NCBI GenBank assembly: GCA_041855205.1
Contig: JBHADT010000027.1
Location: forward strand, 42,301-106,300
From: Bacteroides sp.
GTDB lineage: Bacteria > Bacteroidota > Bacteroidia > Bacteroidales > Bacteroidaceae
Direction: 5' to 3'
Length of the DNA: 64,000 bases
Every line of letters begins with the position of its first letter. Position 1 is the stretch's first letter. A model generated the notes under the pieces. That model saw only the letters and a program-made list of their open reading frames with translations. It had not been told where the DNA came from and did no database searches. Positions 30,823 through 42,900 of the stretch are shown here, in pieces. The translations under genes and the position numbers were made by a program.

Positions 30823-31010
30823 TTTCTCATCCAAACGCTTCCATGAGCGGTGAACTCTCATCCGCACAAGATGCCGAAAAAACTTTGCCTATGTTCTCTA
30901 ACATTGTCCGGGCAAAGATCATATGGGTTCTTTTTCCTTACGTGGCATCGCATCAACCAATCTAAATAAACGATTGATTTACAATTATTTAAAACAGAAT
31001 ATAAATACTA

Positions 31011-31106
31011 CCGGAACGAGACAGGCACGGTACGGGAACAAGACAGGTACAGTGGGAGAACGAGACGGGCGCGGTTCGGGAACAGTACGAATGCCGTTTT
31101 CCGAAG
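31011..31106 (+). repeat. Dispersed intergenic repeat, copy C (tandem units only, diverged)
   Basis: gaac at 31014, 31036, 31058, 31080 and gaag at 31103; units such as gaacgagacaggcacggtacgg. Confidence 0.7.
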
Positions 31107-31216
31107 CATCCGCGCCTTAACGGAACATGCTATATTTTTTATCCGCGAACATCCGCAAGAGAGTTTTTTATCTATATTTGTACATACTAACCTTGACACA
31201 CCTTATTCAGAGACAA

Positions 31217-34200
31217 ATGCGTACACTCATAACAACCGTTTTCCCCGTCCGTTTCTTTCTTTTCCTTCTTCTTTCATACGGAAACACGGTCACGGCTCAA
31301 AATCAGGGATACGATCAGATTAGCTTTTCTTCCATCTCGTTGAACGAGGGTCTGTCTCAAAGCACCGTTTTTTCCATTGCACAGGACAACACGGGCAATA
31401 TGTGGTTTGCCACTTACGACGGAGTAAACAAATATAACGGATATCACTTCACCGCTTATCAACACGACGCCACCGACCCGAAAAGCATAGCCAGCGACAT
31501 AGCCCGCGTAGTGATTACAGACAGTAAAGGACGGGTATGGATAGGCACACGTGACGGATTGTCTTACTACAACGAAGAAAAAGACTTCTTTCAGAACTAT
31601 TTCTACACAAAGAACGGCATCAGGACACAAATAAACGGTATCGCGGAAATCGACTCCACCCGTCTTCTGGTATCCACAAACGAGGAGTTGCTCCTTTTCG
31701 ACATCGTCACAGGCTCCTTCTCCGAAAGCCAACCGGACGAACGGGTGAGACGGTTTAAAGCCTCTACCATCAGCCGGCAAGGAGACTACATCTATATAGG
31801 CACGGCAAATGGGCTGTACACCTACTCTGTGCCGCACGGACGACTGGAACTCTTCACCCGTAATCTGGAGAACCGGAAGATACAATCCGTACTCATTCAG
31901 TCGCCCACCCGCCTGTGGGTAGGTACGGAAGGAAGCGGACTCTATCTGTTCAACCCCAAAACGGGGACAATGAAGAACTATCGCCACATACCCGGAAACG
32001 AACAAAGCATCAGTTCCAACTACATCCGTTCACTGGCAATCGACTCACAAAACAGACTCTGGATAGGAACATTCAACGACCTGAACATCTATCACGAAGC
32101 CAACGATTCCTTTGTATCCTACACCAGCAATCCCCTGATACCGGGAAGTCTTTCGCAAAACTCGGTACGCAGCATCTTCATGGACTCGCAAGGCGGAATG
32201 TGGTTGGGTACTTTCTTCGGAGGGCTGAACTACTACCATCCATTGAAAAACCGCTTTATAAACATCCGGCGAATCCCCTATCAGAATTCTCTGAGCGACA
32301 ACGTAGTAAGTTGCATGGTCGAAGACCGCTCGGGACAACTCTGGATAGGGACAAACGATGAAGGAGTGAACCGTTATAATCCCGTGACCGGACACTTCAC
32401 ACACTATACCCTCAAAGAACACAAACAAGGAAGCATCAGTTCCAACAACATCAAGACCATTTATCCCGACGACGGGGAAGGCAAAGTGTACATCGGAGCG
32501 CATGCGGGCGGGCTCAGCATACTGCATCAGAGCACGGGACACATCGAACACCTGACGACACAGAACAGTTCCATCCCTAATGACGACGTATATGCCGTCA
32601 TTCCCGGCGGTTCCCCTCACACACTTTGGATAGGAACGCTCAGCACCTTGGTGCGAATGGATACCCGAACCCGCAAATTCGAAGCTGTCGAGCGGGAAAG
32701 AGACGGCACACCGATTCCCGGACAACGTATCACCACACTCTTCCGCGACTCGAAGCAGCGTATATGGATAGGTGGAGAAGAGGGGCTTCGTATCTACACG
32801 GAGCAAGTGGACGGAACACTCACAGCCTCCACACTGATACAGAAAGAGGAACAACTGGCAAACGCTTTCGTGCAATGCGTCTATGAAGCACCCGGCGGAA
32901 TATTCTGGATAGGTACGAGGGGAGGCGCATACAGCTACAACGAGAGAAATGGAGAAATAACGCACTACACTACCCTCGACGGACTGCCCAACAATGTGAT
33001 TTACGGCATACTCGCCGATTCCTTCGGGCATTTGTGGATGAGTACCAACAAGGGACTTGCCTGCTTCAATCCAAACACGAAGAGTTTCCGCAACTTCACC
33101 CGCCCGGACGGCATACAGAGCAACCAGTTCAACGCCTACGCCTATTGCCGCACCTCGAGCGGACAGATGTATTTCGGCGGAATCAACGGCATCACCACGT
33201 TCCGTCCCGAAACGCTCATAGACAACCCGTATGCTCCGCCTGTCGTGTTCACGGAGTTGCGTCTGTTCAACCGGTCGGTGAAGCCCGATGACAACACAGG
33301 GATACTGACACAACACATCAGCCGTACCCGCAGTATCACACTGAGTGCACAGCAGTCGGCTTTCACGCTCGAATTCGTTGTGCCCAACTACATATCCGGG
33401 CAACACAACACGTTTGCCTACCGCTTGGAGGGTTACGACAAGGAGTGGTATTACCTGACCGACCAACATGCCGTTTCCTACTCCAACCTGCCGCACGGAA
33501 AATATCTCTTCATGGTGAAAGCTGCCAACAGCGACGGGAAGTGGCACGAACATCCCACCACACTGGAAATTGTCATTCTTCCCATCTGGTACAAAACATG
33601 GTGGGCACGCTCGCTCTTCACCCTCGCGGCGATAGCTTTCGTTACTTTCGTGTTCCGCTTCTTCCTCATGCGCAAAACCATGGAGAACAAACTTGCCATG
33701 GAACGGATGGACAAGGAACACCAAGAGGAGATAAACCAGATGAAAATGCGGTTTTTCATCAACATATCTCACGAACTGCGAACACCCCTGACACTCATTC
33801 TCGCACCGTTGCAAGAGGTTATCAACCGCATCAACGACCGGTGGACACGAAACCAACTGGACTACATACGCCGCAACGCCAACAGACTACTCTACCTTGT
33901 GAATCAGTTGATGGATTATCGCCGGGCGGAATTAGGCGTTTTCGAACTGCATGCCTGCAAGGGAGATGCGCATCGACTCATCAAAGAAAATTTCCTTTTC
34001 TACGACAAACTTGCACAACAGAAAAAAATCCAATATCACCTACACTCCGAGGTAGAGGGCAAGGAGCTGCTGTTCGATGTGAATTACCTCGAACTTATTG
34101 CCAACAACCTGTTTTCAAATGCATTCAAATACACCGGAGAGGGTAAAAGCATCACCGTCTTCCTACGGGAAGAAAACAACTTTCTGGTGTTGGAAGTAAA

Positions 34201-35302
34201 GGATACCGGCATAGGAATTCCCATCGACAAGCAAGCACGGATTTTCGAAAGGTTTTATCAGGTGGAAAGGGATCATGCCGGTAGCGGCATCGGACTTTCG
34301 CTTGTGCAACGTCTGGTCGAACTCCATCACGGACACATCGAGTTTGAGAGTCGCGAGCACGAGGGTAGCAGATTCTCCGTCTACCTCCCGCAGGACGAAA
34401 CCCTGTACACCCCCAACGAACTTACAAGCGGGAACGAAGAAGCGGAAGTACGCTCTTACTCCACCAACCCGAAAGATATGTATTTCATAGACACCGACAG
34501 CGAAACGACGCCTCCCGCCACACCGGGAGGTAAGAAACGGGGGACGATACTTATCGTGGAAGATAACCGGGAAATACGCCACTACCTGCGCGAAGGGTTG
34601 TCGGAACTATTCAACATACTGGAGGCGGGAAACGGAGAGGAGGCCATCTCGCTGCTGGAGGAACACGAGACAGACGTCATACTCACGGATGTCATGATGC
34701 CTGTGATGGATGGAATCAAGCTTTGTAAGCATATCAAGCAGAGCATCCGCACCTGTCATATACCGGTCATCATGCTTTCTGCCAAGAACTCCATCAAGAA
34801 TCAGTTGGAAGGCTTGCAAATGGGAGCGGACGACTACATAGCCAAGCCCTTCACGCTATCGGTCGTAACCACCAAAATTCAGAACCTGATGCGCACGCGC
34901 TACCACATGCTCGAACGGTATGCGCAATCGCGCGAGGTGGAACCGGAAAAGATTACCTTCAATGCCATGGACGAAGCCATACTGAAACGTGCCGTCCTCA
35001 TCGTGGAGAAAAACATCGACAACATCGCCTTTTCCGCCGATGATTTCGCGCGCGAAATGGGGATGAGCCGTTCCAATCTGCACCTGAAGCTCAAAGCCAT
35101 CACAGGCGAATCGACCATCGATTTCATTCGTAAAATACGGTTCAACGAGGCGTGCCGTCTACTGCAAGACGGACGTTACACGGTGGCGGAAGTCAGCTCG
35201 ATGGTGGGCTTCAACACTCCGTCATATTTCGCCACCAGCTTCAAAAAGTACTTCGGCTGCCTGCCTACGGAATACATGCGCAGGCAACGAGAGGAGAACT
35301 GA
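31217..35302 (+). CDS. Hybrid two-component system sensor/regulator (BT4663-like heparin sensor)
   Basis: Beta-propeller repeats (QD…G…WIGT), Y_Y_Y domain, TM helix, SHELRTPL kinase, receiver DVMMP, AraC HTH. -7 TATATTTG at 31173-31180 supports the start at 31217. Confidence 0.93.
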   Translation: MRTLITTVFPVRFFLFLLLSYGNTVTAQNQGYDQISFSSISLNEGLSQSTVFSIAQDNTGNMWFATYDGVNKYNGYHFTAYQHDATDPKSIASDIARVVITDSKGRVWIGTRDGLSYYNEEKDFFQNYFYTKNGIRTQINGIAEIDSTRLLVSTNEELLLFDIVTGSFSESQPDERVRRFKASTISRQGDYIYIGTANGLYTYSVPHGRLELFTRNLENRKIQSVLIQSPTRLWVGTEGSGLYLFNPKTGTMKNYRHIPGNEQSISSNYIRSLAIDSQNRLWIGTFNDLNIYHEANDSFVSYTSNPLIPGSLSQNSVRSIFMDSQGGMWLGTFFGGLNYYHPLKNRFINIRRIPYQNSLSDNVVSCMVEDRSGQLWIGTNDEGVNRYNPVTGHFTHYTLKEHKQGSISSNNIKTIYPDDGEGKVYIGAHAGGLSILHQSTGHIEHLTTQNSSIPNDDVYAVIPGGSPHTLWIGTLSTLVRMDTRTRKFEAVERERDGTPIPGQRITTLFRDSKQRIWIGGEEGLRIYTEQVDGTLTASTLIQKEEQLANAFVQCVYEAPGGIFWIGTRGGAYSYNERNGEITHYTTLDGLPNNVIYGILADSFGHLWMSTNKGLACFNPNTKSFRNFTRPDGIQSNQFNAYAYCRTSSGQMYFGGINGITTFRPETLIDNPYAPPVVFTELRLFNRSVKPDDNTGILTQHISRTRSITLSAQQSAFTLEFVVPNYISGQHNTFAYRLEGYDKEWYYLTDQHAVSYSNLPHGKYLFMVKAANSDGKWHEHPTTLEIVILPIWYKTWWARSLFTLAAIAFVTFVFRFFLMRKTMENKLAMERMDKEHQEEINQMKMRFFINISHELRTPLTLILAPLQEVINRINDRWTRNQLDYIRRNANRLLYLVNQLMDYRRAELGVFELHACKGDAHRLIKENFLFYDKLAQQKKIQYHLHSEVEGKELLFDVNYLELIANNLFSNAFKYTGEGKSITVFLREENNFLVLEVKDTGIGIPIDKQARIFERFYQVERDHAGSGIGLSLVQRLVELHHGHIEFESREHEGSRFSVYLPQDETLYTPNELTSGNEEAEVRSYSTNPKDMYFIDTDSETTPPATPGGKKRGTILIVEDNREIRHYLREGLSELFNILEAGNGEEAISLLEEHETDVILTDVMMPVMDGIKLCKHIKQSIRTCHIPVIMLSAKNSIKNQLEGLQMGADDYIAKPFTLSVVTTKIQNLMRTRYHMLERYAQSREVEPEKITFNAMDEAILKRAVLIVEKNIDNIAFSADDFAREMGMSRSNLHLKLKAITGESTIDFIRKIRFNEACRLLQDGRYTVAEVSSMVGFNTPSYFATSFKKYFGCLPTEYMRRQREEN

Positions 35303-35460
35303 AGAAACCGGATCAACAAGAAAATCATCCGCTCTGTCCGAACGCAGAGAGTATCTCCGGATACTTCGCTGCGCGACGTTCTGTCGGCTGCGCCAAGGAG
35401 CCGGGGATGCAGTGTCTGCATCCGGGAAAGCCCTCCACACGCCGTCTGACGACGGTTTTT

Positions 35461-35566
35461 TCAACAAGAATAATATCAGGCTCAACGATTTTGACAGTGC
35501 GAAGCCTTATTTAAATAAACAGTAAACATTCACAAAAGCCGGTTTTCATGAAATGCCTTAGTTTTG
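35461..35566 (+). promoter_or_regulatory. Main PUL promoter with 21-bp-spaced direct repeat (putative HTCS site)
   Basis: TCAAC at 35461 and 35482; -7 TAGTTTTG at 35559-35566; no canonical -33 TTTG. Confidence 0.6.
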
Positions 35567-35613
35567 CAACACAGATAAATTATCTTATCACTCAAAACAC
35601 TAATACTATAAAT

Positions 35614-37710
35614 ATGAAAAATATGAAAAACGTGTTTTTTTGTCTGCTCGCATTAATCGCTTTTACCGGATGTTCCGGAGATGAGGACGAATGGAACGGC
35701 GAAAACAGTGGAGCAATTGAAATCCCTCAACCCTACCCCAACGATGTAGTCGATTCGAGACTTTTTGACATCGTCAATCTTGACTATCCCGGACTGGAGA
35801 AGGTGAAAGCGCACCATGCGTCGGGCGAACTTTACTTCGCCGCGCAGGAGTTGCTGAACTATTATCGCCTGCGAAGCAATGTCAGCAATCCGGCTTTATC
35901 TTTATTGAATGTTACCGCGTCCGAGGATGACCGCCTGAAAGCGGATTATGCCATGAATCAGTATCGATTCTTCGTAAACAATTTCTATGAAGATGAGAAT
36001 ACGAAAAAACCTTACTCGCTTGAAAAGGACGGAAAGATCGATTGGGAGTTCAGCCCCGAAAACGCCAGTGCGGAATATCAGAAGCAACTCCACCGGCACC
36101 AGTGGTTTATTCCGCAAGCAAAAGTCTACCGCAGCAGTGGAGACGAGAAATACATCCGTTCATGGATAAAGGTGTACACCGACTGGCTGACACAGAATCC
36201 TATACCAGAAACCGGTCCCAACATCACCACATGGTGGCAATTACAGGTAGCCGCACGTGTAGCCGACCAGACTGAGTTATTCGAGTATTACAAGAACTCC
36301 GTACACTTTACACCGCAATGGCTTTCGGTCTTTTTGGTCAACTTTGCCCGTCATGCCGACTTTTTACGGCAGTATCGCTATGAAAGCGAAGGAAACATCC
36401 TCATTGCTCAAGCCAACGCATTGGCTTATGCCGGTACACTATTCCCCGAACTGAAGAATGCGGAGGGGTGGATGAACGAGGGTTTCGGCATACTGAACGA
36501 ACAAATCGGCAAGCAGTTTCTGAATGACGGCATGCATATCGAGCTGTCTCTCCATTATCACATCAGCACACTTGCCAACTACTATAATGTGATGAAACTG
36601 GCGGAAGCCAACAATCTGCAAAGCAAACTCCCCGCCAATTTCAGCGAATCGTTGCAGAAAGCCGCCGAAGTGGTGATGCACTTTACCTTCCCCTCATTCT
36701 TCAACAATAAAAGCAGTGAATACTGCGTACCGGCATTCAACGACTCTTGGAAGTCCAACTGGACGCGCAGCGTACTGACACGCAATTTCAAGCGTTACCT
36801 CGAGATGTTCCCCGCAAACGAAGGATTGCACTACATGGTATCGCCGCAAGGAGGCAATACCCCCGAAATCCGTCCCAAGCTTTTCACCAATGCCGGTTTT
36901 TATGTATTGCGTAACGGATGGAATGAGTCTGCAACCATGTTTATTCACAGCAACAACGCCCAAACCACCGAGGATAACCTGAAACTGTACAGCCACAACC
37001 AACCGGACAACGGTACGTTCGAGCTTTATCATCGCGGACGGAACTTCTTCCCCGACACGGGCGTATGCAGCTATTCGGGCACTGCCGCGGCAAACCAGCT
37101 CCGTTCATGGTTCCGCCAGACAAGGGTGCACAATACGCTTACACTGAATGGTAAGAATATTACCCTTGCCGACGGGAAACTGCTTAAATCGGAAGAAGGA
37201 AATACCGAACTCATAGTCACACAAAACAGCGGATACTCCAATCTTACCCACAGACGGGCCATTTTCTTTGTCGATAAAAAATTCTTCGTACTCGTAGACG
37301 AAGGAACGGGAACGGCGGAAGGTACCGTGAATCTGAACTTCAACCTGCTTGAAGGAAACGAGAAGGAAGTGGTGATAGACCAAACTCTCAACGGGGCACA
37401 TACGGACTTTGCAGATGGCAATAATCTACTGGTTCGCACATTCAGTGATTCATCCGTAAGTTGCGTACCTTTCGAAGGTCGTATCGCCTATGCCGTCGAT
37501 GGAAAATTCTCGATGAGGAAAGCTTATTCCGTAGACTTGACGAAAACAACCGCTTCCCCCGCACGATACATCACCGTACTGTTGCCGGTAGAAGGGACGA
37601 CCGGCAACTCCGCCGTAGAAGCAAGGTTTACGAAAGAATATACCCCCGATGGAGCATCCGTCGAGGTGACCGTAAACGGAGAAACATACAACCTGACGTA
37701 TACTTTATAG
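35614..37710 (+). CDS. Heparinase III-type lyase (PL12), lipoprotein (BT4662-like)
   Basis: Lipobox AFTGC; LDYPGLEKVK, QLHRHQWF, HNQPDNGTFEL, HNTLTL; paralog of 46163-48169. Confidence 0.88.
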   Translation: MKNMKNVFFCLLALIAFTGCSGDEDEWNGENSGAIEIPQPYPNDVVDSRLFDIVNLDYPGLEKVKAHHASGELYFAAQELLNYYRLRSNVSNPALSLLNVTASEDDRLKADYAMNQYRFFVNNFYEDENTKKPYSLEKDGKIDWEFSPENASAEYQKQLHRHQWFIPQAKVYRSSGDEKYIRSWIKVYTDWLTQNPIPETGPNITTWWQLQVAARVADQTELFEYYKNSVHFTPQWLSVFLVNFARHADFLRQYRYESEGNILIAQANALAYAGTLFPELKNAEGWMNEGFGILNEQIGKQFLNDGMHIELSLHYHISTLANYYNVMKLAEANNLQSKLPANFSESLQKAAEVVMHFTFPSFFNNKSSEYCVPAFNDSWKSNWTRSVLTRNFKRYLEMFPANEGLHYMVSPQGGNTPEIRPKLFTNAGFYVLRNGWNESATMFIHSNNAQTTEDNLKLYSHNQPDNGTFELYHRGRNFFPDTGVCSYSGTAAANQLRSWFRQTRVHNTLTLNGKNITLADGKLLKSEEGNTELIVTQNSGYSNLTHRRAIFFVDKKFFVLVDEGTGTAEGTVNLNFNLLEGNEKEVVIDQTLNGAHTDFADGNNLLVRTFSDSSVSCVPFEGRIAYAVDGKFSMRKAYSVDLTKTTASPARYITVLLPVEGTTGNSAVEARFTKEYTPDGASVEVTVNGETYNLTYTL

Positions 37711-37771
37711 ACTTAATAATAAGAAGTGTGGTTCGAAACAGTATCACCAAACTCATAAATACCCGGTTATA

Positions 37772-39916
37772 ATGAAAACAAAAGATTTATTTTCAGGTTT
37801 TTCACTCACTCTGATAGCAATACTTATCGCTGCAGGAAACTACTCTTGCAGCGATACGGAGGTGATGGACAAAACCGTATTCAACATCTACTATTCCGGA
37901 ATGACCGATATAGGTCCGAGCATGAGCGGAGTAATCAGCAGCCCTACATACAAAGGAGGCTCTCCCGGAAAATTCACCATCACCGAGGTCACGCTGAACA
38001 GGGAAGTGGTGACAAACGATATTTTCAGTATCAACCCGGACAACGGTTCCATCTCCATAGCAAGTAAGAAAGAGACACCCACGGGATTGTACAGCTTGTC
38101 CATTTCGTGCGTTTCCGCCGGAAAATCATATCGTTTCGACAATATCGTACAAATAAACATGATGAAACCCGTACCTGAGGGAATCACAGTCGAGCCAAAC
38201 AAACTGCAGGTTGAATACGCCGCCGTAATAAGTGAAAGCAATGAAGAGAAACTCCCCACCGCTCAGGTAAAAACAGACGGGAACCACGTCTCCATACGCA
38301 GATATGAAATAGCCAAAAGCGAATACTCCGATTGCTTTAACATCTCTCAGAGCGGAGAAATTTCCATTGTCAAGGGATGTGAACGTTTGCAACCCGGTAT
38401 CTATTTGCTGTCTCTGAAACTCACCACGGGAGCAAGCGGAGAAGATGAAGGAATTTTTGAGAATGCGATAGAAATAAACATCACATCCAAACCGTTGGGA
38501 CTAACCTACCGCCCCGATAACGGTAAAATCGAAGAAGAAACGGTTCAAAGCGGTCAGACAACCTTCACAAGCAACGCTCCTCAATTAAAGGGTTCTTTGG
38601 AGGGTGTGAACTATTCCATCACGAATATCGTTCCCCCTACCGAGAAGATTAAGATAGACGCCGGAACCGGTATATTGTCGGTTGCAGCCAACCACGGTTT
38701 CAAGGCAAAAGAAAAGTTTGTGGTCAGCGTGCGCGTTGCCAATGACTATGCCCCGGAAGGAGTAGACTTCAACGATGTATTTACGCTTGAGGCGGTAAAT
38801 TTCATTGCGCCCATCGAGAACTTCGCTTATCCGGATACGGAAGGAATACAGGCGGTGGAAATGGAGATAAAGCCCAACGAAGATTTTAAAGGAGACGAAG
38901 TCAGCTTTGAGTTCGTAGAACTGAATCCCGTTCTAAGCGGAGCATTATTGCTACAAAGCGATGGAACAATCGTCGTACAACACGGGAACAACATTCCTTT
39001 GGGAGAATATATAGTTAAAGTGAAGGCAAGCAATCCGAAAAGCATTCTGGAAAACCCTACGGTGGCTACTTTCAAACTTTCCATCAAAGAGAATCCGAAC
39101 TTCTTCACCTTTTTCCATTACGGAAACAACCTCGGACTTACTCCTGTTGAGAACCATGCCGATCAATTCAGAGTGGCAGCGAACGATAAATTGAGCAGCA
39201 TACATCCCAAACCAGCTTCCACCGATGCTAAAGTTCCTCTCAAATGGTCTCTCAAAACAATCAGCCAAACCAACGGAACCACCATAGACGAGATTACAGG
39301 CGAGATAACTCTTGCCGGACTAAAAGCGGGACAAACGGGAGCCGTATTAGTTACAGCCACTGCAGGAGAAGGAAAAGCAGCGGTCTCCGTTACACGGCCT
39401 GTGTTCTTCAACTATCCCAAAGAGTTCGACGGCATCCTGATAGAATATACTCCTTTTGTGATTCAGGCTAATCCCAAGAAGAAAACCGTATCGGCATCTG
39501 CCGTTGTCACAGGAGCGGAGGCTGATAACATTATCATGGATTACAGACGTTCGTTCAACTACCATTCGTTCATTTCTTCCCATAAAAAAGGTGCTCCCAA
39601 TGCAACCGAAGGTTCGTTCCTGGCTACTTTATGGGAGAACTATTTCACTCTGAAAGGCACTACTCCCAATTTCGGCAGTAAAGACCCGGTATCATTCTTC
39701 CGAAACGAAAGCAATCTGAACCTTCCGCTGGGGTATGTGGACAATCAAAACGGTCTGTCGATAGTGGTGAATCCTGAAAAATGGATAGCTGACGGAGAAT
39801 ACGCCAACGGACTCTTCTTCGGACAAATGACATATGCCACCAAGTCAGAAGGTAACGTGGACGGAAGTAAAAGACAGATATTCCCTGTGGTTATATGGTT
39901 CGATACAAAGTTCTGA
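37772..39916 (+). CDS. Surface glycan-binding lipoprotein with tandem Ig-like domains (BT4661-like)
   Basis: Lipobox GNYSC; repeated beta-rich modules (I…G.IS…G.Y.LS); located between PL12 and susC. Confidence 0.78.
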   Translation: MKTKDLFSGFSLTLIAILIAAGNYSCSDTEVMDKTVFNIYYSGMTDIGPSMSGVISSPTYKGGSPGKFTITEVTLNREVVTNDIFSINPDNGSISIASKKETPTGLYSLSISCVSAGKSYRFDNIVQINMMKPVPEGITVEPNKLQVEYAAVISESNEEKLPTAQVKTDGNHVSIRRYEIAKSEYSDCFNISQSGEISIVKGCERLQPGIYLLSLKLTTGASGEDEGIFENAIEINITSKPLGLTYRPDNGKIEEETVQSGQTTFTSNAPQLKGSLEGVNYSITNIVPPTEKIKIDAGTGILSVAANHGFKAKEKFVVSVRVANDYAPEGVDFNDVFTLEAVNFIAPIENFAYPDTEGIQAVEMEIKPNEDFKGDEVSFEFVELNPVLSGALLLQSDGTIVVQHGNNIPLGEYIVKVKASNPKSILENPTVATFKLSIKENPNFFTFFHYGNNLGLTPVENHADQFRVAANDKLSSIHPKPASTDAKVPLKWSLKTISQTNGTTIDEITGEITLAGLKAGQTGAVLVTATAGEGKAAVSVTRPVFFNYPKEFDGILIEYTPFVIQANPKKKTVSASAVVTGAEADNIIMDYRRSFNYHSFISSHKKGAPNATEGSFLATLWENYFTLKGTTPNFGSKDPVSFFRNESNLNLPLGYVDNQNGLSIVVNPEKWIADGEYANGLFFGQMTYATKSEGNVDGSKRQIFPVVIWFDTKF

Positions 39917-39967
39917 CACCGAATACGCTAATACGAAAAGATGTACAATATTTCAATAATAAGAATT

Positions 39968-42900
39968 ATGAATAGAAGAGGAATTACAACGCTTCTTGCA
40001 CTGATTATACTCATCGGAGTCCACGCCCAGAATATAGCGAAAGGAGTGGTGACAGATGAAACGGATACACCTCTGATCGGAGCCACCGTCATCGTAAAGG
40101 GACGGACAGACAACGGCACCATCACCGATGTAAACGGTAACTTCACATTGCCTAAAGTCTCAAAAGGAGATTTCGTAACGGTTTCTTATATCGGTTACCA
40201 GACACAGGAGGTCCGTTACAATGGTCAACAGATAAAAATAAAGATGTTGCCGGACAGCAAGATACTCGATGAAGTGGTAGTAGTGGGATACGGCTCCATG
40301 AGACGCGAAGACCTTACGGGTTCCATCTCTTCCGTCTCTTCCCGAAATATAGAAGGCTTCAAGACGGCTTCTGTTATGGAAGCACTTGGAGGGCAGATTG
40401 CCGGAGTACAAATCACACAGACCGACGGAACTCCCGGTTCGGGATTCAACATCAACATACGCGGTGTGGGAACACTGACGGGAGACACCACTCCTTTGTA
40501 TATTGTGGATGGTTTCCAGACAGACAACATCGATCATCTGGCAAACTCGGACATCGAATCCATTGAGATATTGAAAGACGCCTCCTCTTCCGCCATCTAT
40601 GGTGCGCGTGCCGCCAATGGGGTGGTTATGATTACTACCAAGTCAGGGAAATCCGGCAAGGCGTCGATCAGCTACAACGGTTCCGTAAGTTACCGTAAAA
40701 TTGCCAAAACGTTGGACTTGCTCTCGCCCTACGAATTTGTCAAACTGCAAGGCGAAGTGAACAACAAATATAAGGAAACATATTACAAAACCGGCTCCGA
40801 CGAGAACGGAACACCTTATATGTATCAAACCCCCGAAGACTATATAGGAGTAAAAGGAATAGACTGGCAAGAGGAAACGTTTAATCCCACTTGGTCGCAA
40901 GACCACAACTTTTCCATTAACGGCGGAAGCGAAGATTCTCAATATGCCGCATTCTTCTCACGATACGCCGAAAACGGAATTTTCAGAAACAGCGGATTCG
41001 ACAAAACCACAGCCAAACTCCGTTTCAACAGAAAAATTTCCAAGACGCTTTCGATGGATGCCACCGTGAATTATTCGAATACGTTCAGGGAGGGCGTCGG
41101 CACATCTGCCGATAACGGAAGATTCAATATGCTGGCTCAAATTCTGAGCGCGCGCCCCACAGGAGGTCTGAAAATTGACGATGCTACCCTGCTCAGTTCA
41201 TCCATCGACCCGGAGATGCTTGAAGAGGGTACAAGTCTCGCCCAGGTTAATCCGGTGATGCAGACCGAATCCGTAACCAACACGAAGCGTGCGGAAATGT
41301 GGTCGGGGAATTTATCTCTGACATGGCAGATTGGAAAAGGATTGACTTTCAAGACAGCCGGTACATACAACACGACCAACAGCCGCGTGAATATCTTCTA
41401 CAAAAACGGTTCGAAAGAGGCATACCGGAACGGACAAAAGCCTTACGGACAGACACAAATGGGACGGGATGTGCGTTGGACAAACTACAACAACCTCACT
41501 TGGAAACATAAGATAAAGGAACATCGCTACGACATCATGCTCGGACAGGAAATCTCTTACCGAAGCAGCGAGTTTCTATTGGGAGAAGCCATGGACTTTC
41601 CATTCGACAATCTCGGCAATGACAATCTGGGGCTCGGAGCCACCCCAAGCAAGGTAGACTCCAAATTCGCAGACAAAACGCTGCTCTCGTACTTCGTACG
41701 GGGAAACTACAACTACGGCAACCGCTACTTGCTGACGGCTACGCTGCGTGCGGACGGTTCGACCGTATTCTCCAAGAAGAACAAATGGGGATACTTCCCC
41801 TCATTCTCCGCTGCATGGCGCATCTCGGAAGAGGCTTTCATGAAACCTCTCTCATGGATATCCAATCTTAAGTTGCGTGCCGGATGGGGTACGGTAGGAA
41901 ATGACGCCATATCGAGTTTTCTCTCGCTCGACTTGTACGAACCCTCCAAATACGGTGTGGGAAGCACTACCGTAACTGTGCTTACCCCGAAACAGATAAG
42001 AAACCAAAACCTTAAATGGGAAGGCTCATCAACCATAAACCTCGGGTTTGACATGGGCTTTTTCGACAACCGGCTAAGCGCCACGGTAGATTTCTTCGTA
42101 AAAGATACCAAAGACCTTTTACTTTCCCAGTCACTGGCTCACGTCACCGGATTCTCCGACCAGATGCAAAACATAGGTAAGATACGGAACAAAGGGTTCG
42201 AGTTGAGCGTGAACAGTGTAAATCTTCGCAGCCGGAACTTCGATTGGCAGACATCTTTCAACTTCTCCATCATACGCAATGAATTGAAAGCTTTGGATTC
42301 CGGTGCCAACTACAGAACCACCCGTTCACAATTCGACGGCAATTTCACCCAAGACGATTACATAGCCATCGTGGGACGTTCGTTGGGGCTCATCTACGGC
42401 TATGAGTTCGACGGTATCTACCAAAGTTCCGACTTCCATACCACTCCCGATGGGAAACAAATGCTGCGTGAGGGAGTCACTCTCAACAGCCGTTACACAC
42501 AAGGAGTCAGACCCGGCGTGGTGAAATACAAAGACAAGGATGGAGACGGCGTGATTACGACCAACGACCGCACCGTTATCGGCAATACCTTGCCGAAATG
42601 GTTCGGCGGATTCACCAATAACTTCCGTTACAGGAACATCGACGTCAGCTTTATGCTTCAGTTCAACTACGGAAACGACATCTACAACGCCACGCGCCTG
42701 TATGCCACACAAACCCGTAGCGGCAGACGAAACATGCTGGCGGAGGTGGCCGACCGTTGGACTCCTTCCAACGCCTCCAACAAAGTACCCGCATTCGACG
42801 GCTATATAACCAACGACGTGTATTCCCGCTTCGTGGAAGACGGGTCATTCCTGCGCCTGAAAAACCTTACCATAGGATACACCGTTCCGAAGAAGTGGAC

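Noticed and set aside
32045-33856. Long antisense ORFs (603 aa here; also 25794-27155, 46268-47458, 48476-49531, 52798-53787)
   Set aside because: They lie fully opposite well-supported genes and show no recognisable motifs; consistent with shadow ORFs from codon bias.
35303-35460. GC-rich hairpins after the HTCS gene (e.g. ggatgcag-tgt-ctgcatcc) as a riboswitch or ncRNA
   Set aside because: They lie upstream of the PUL promoter rather than in its leader, and no known aptamer consensus was recognised.
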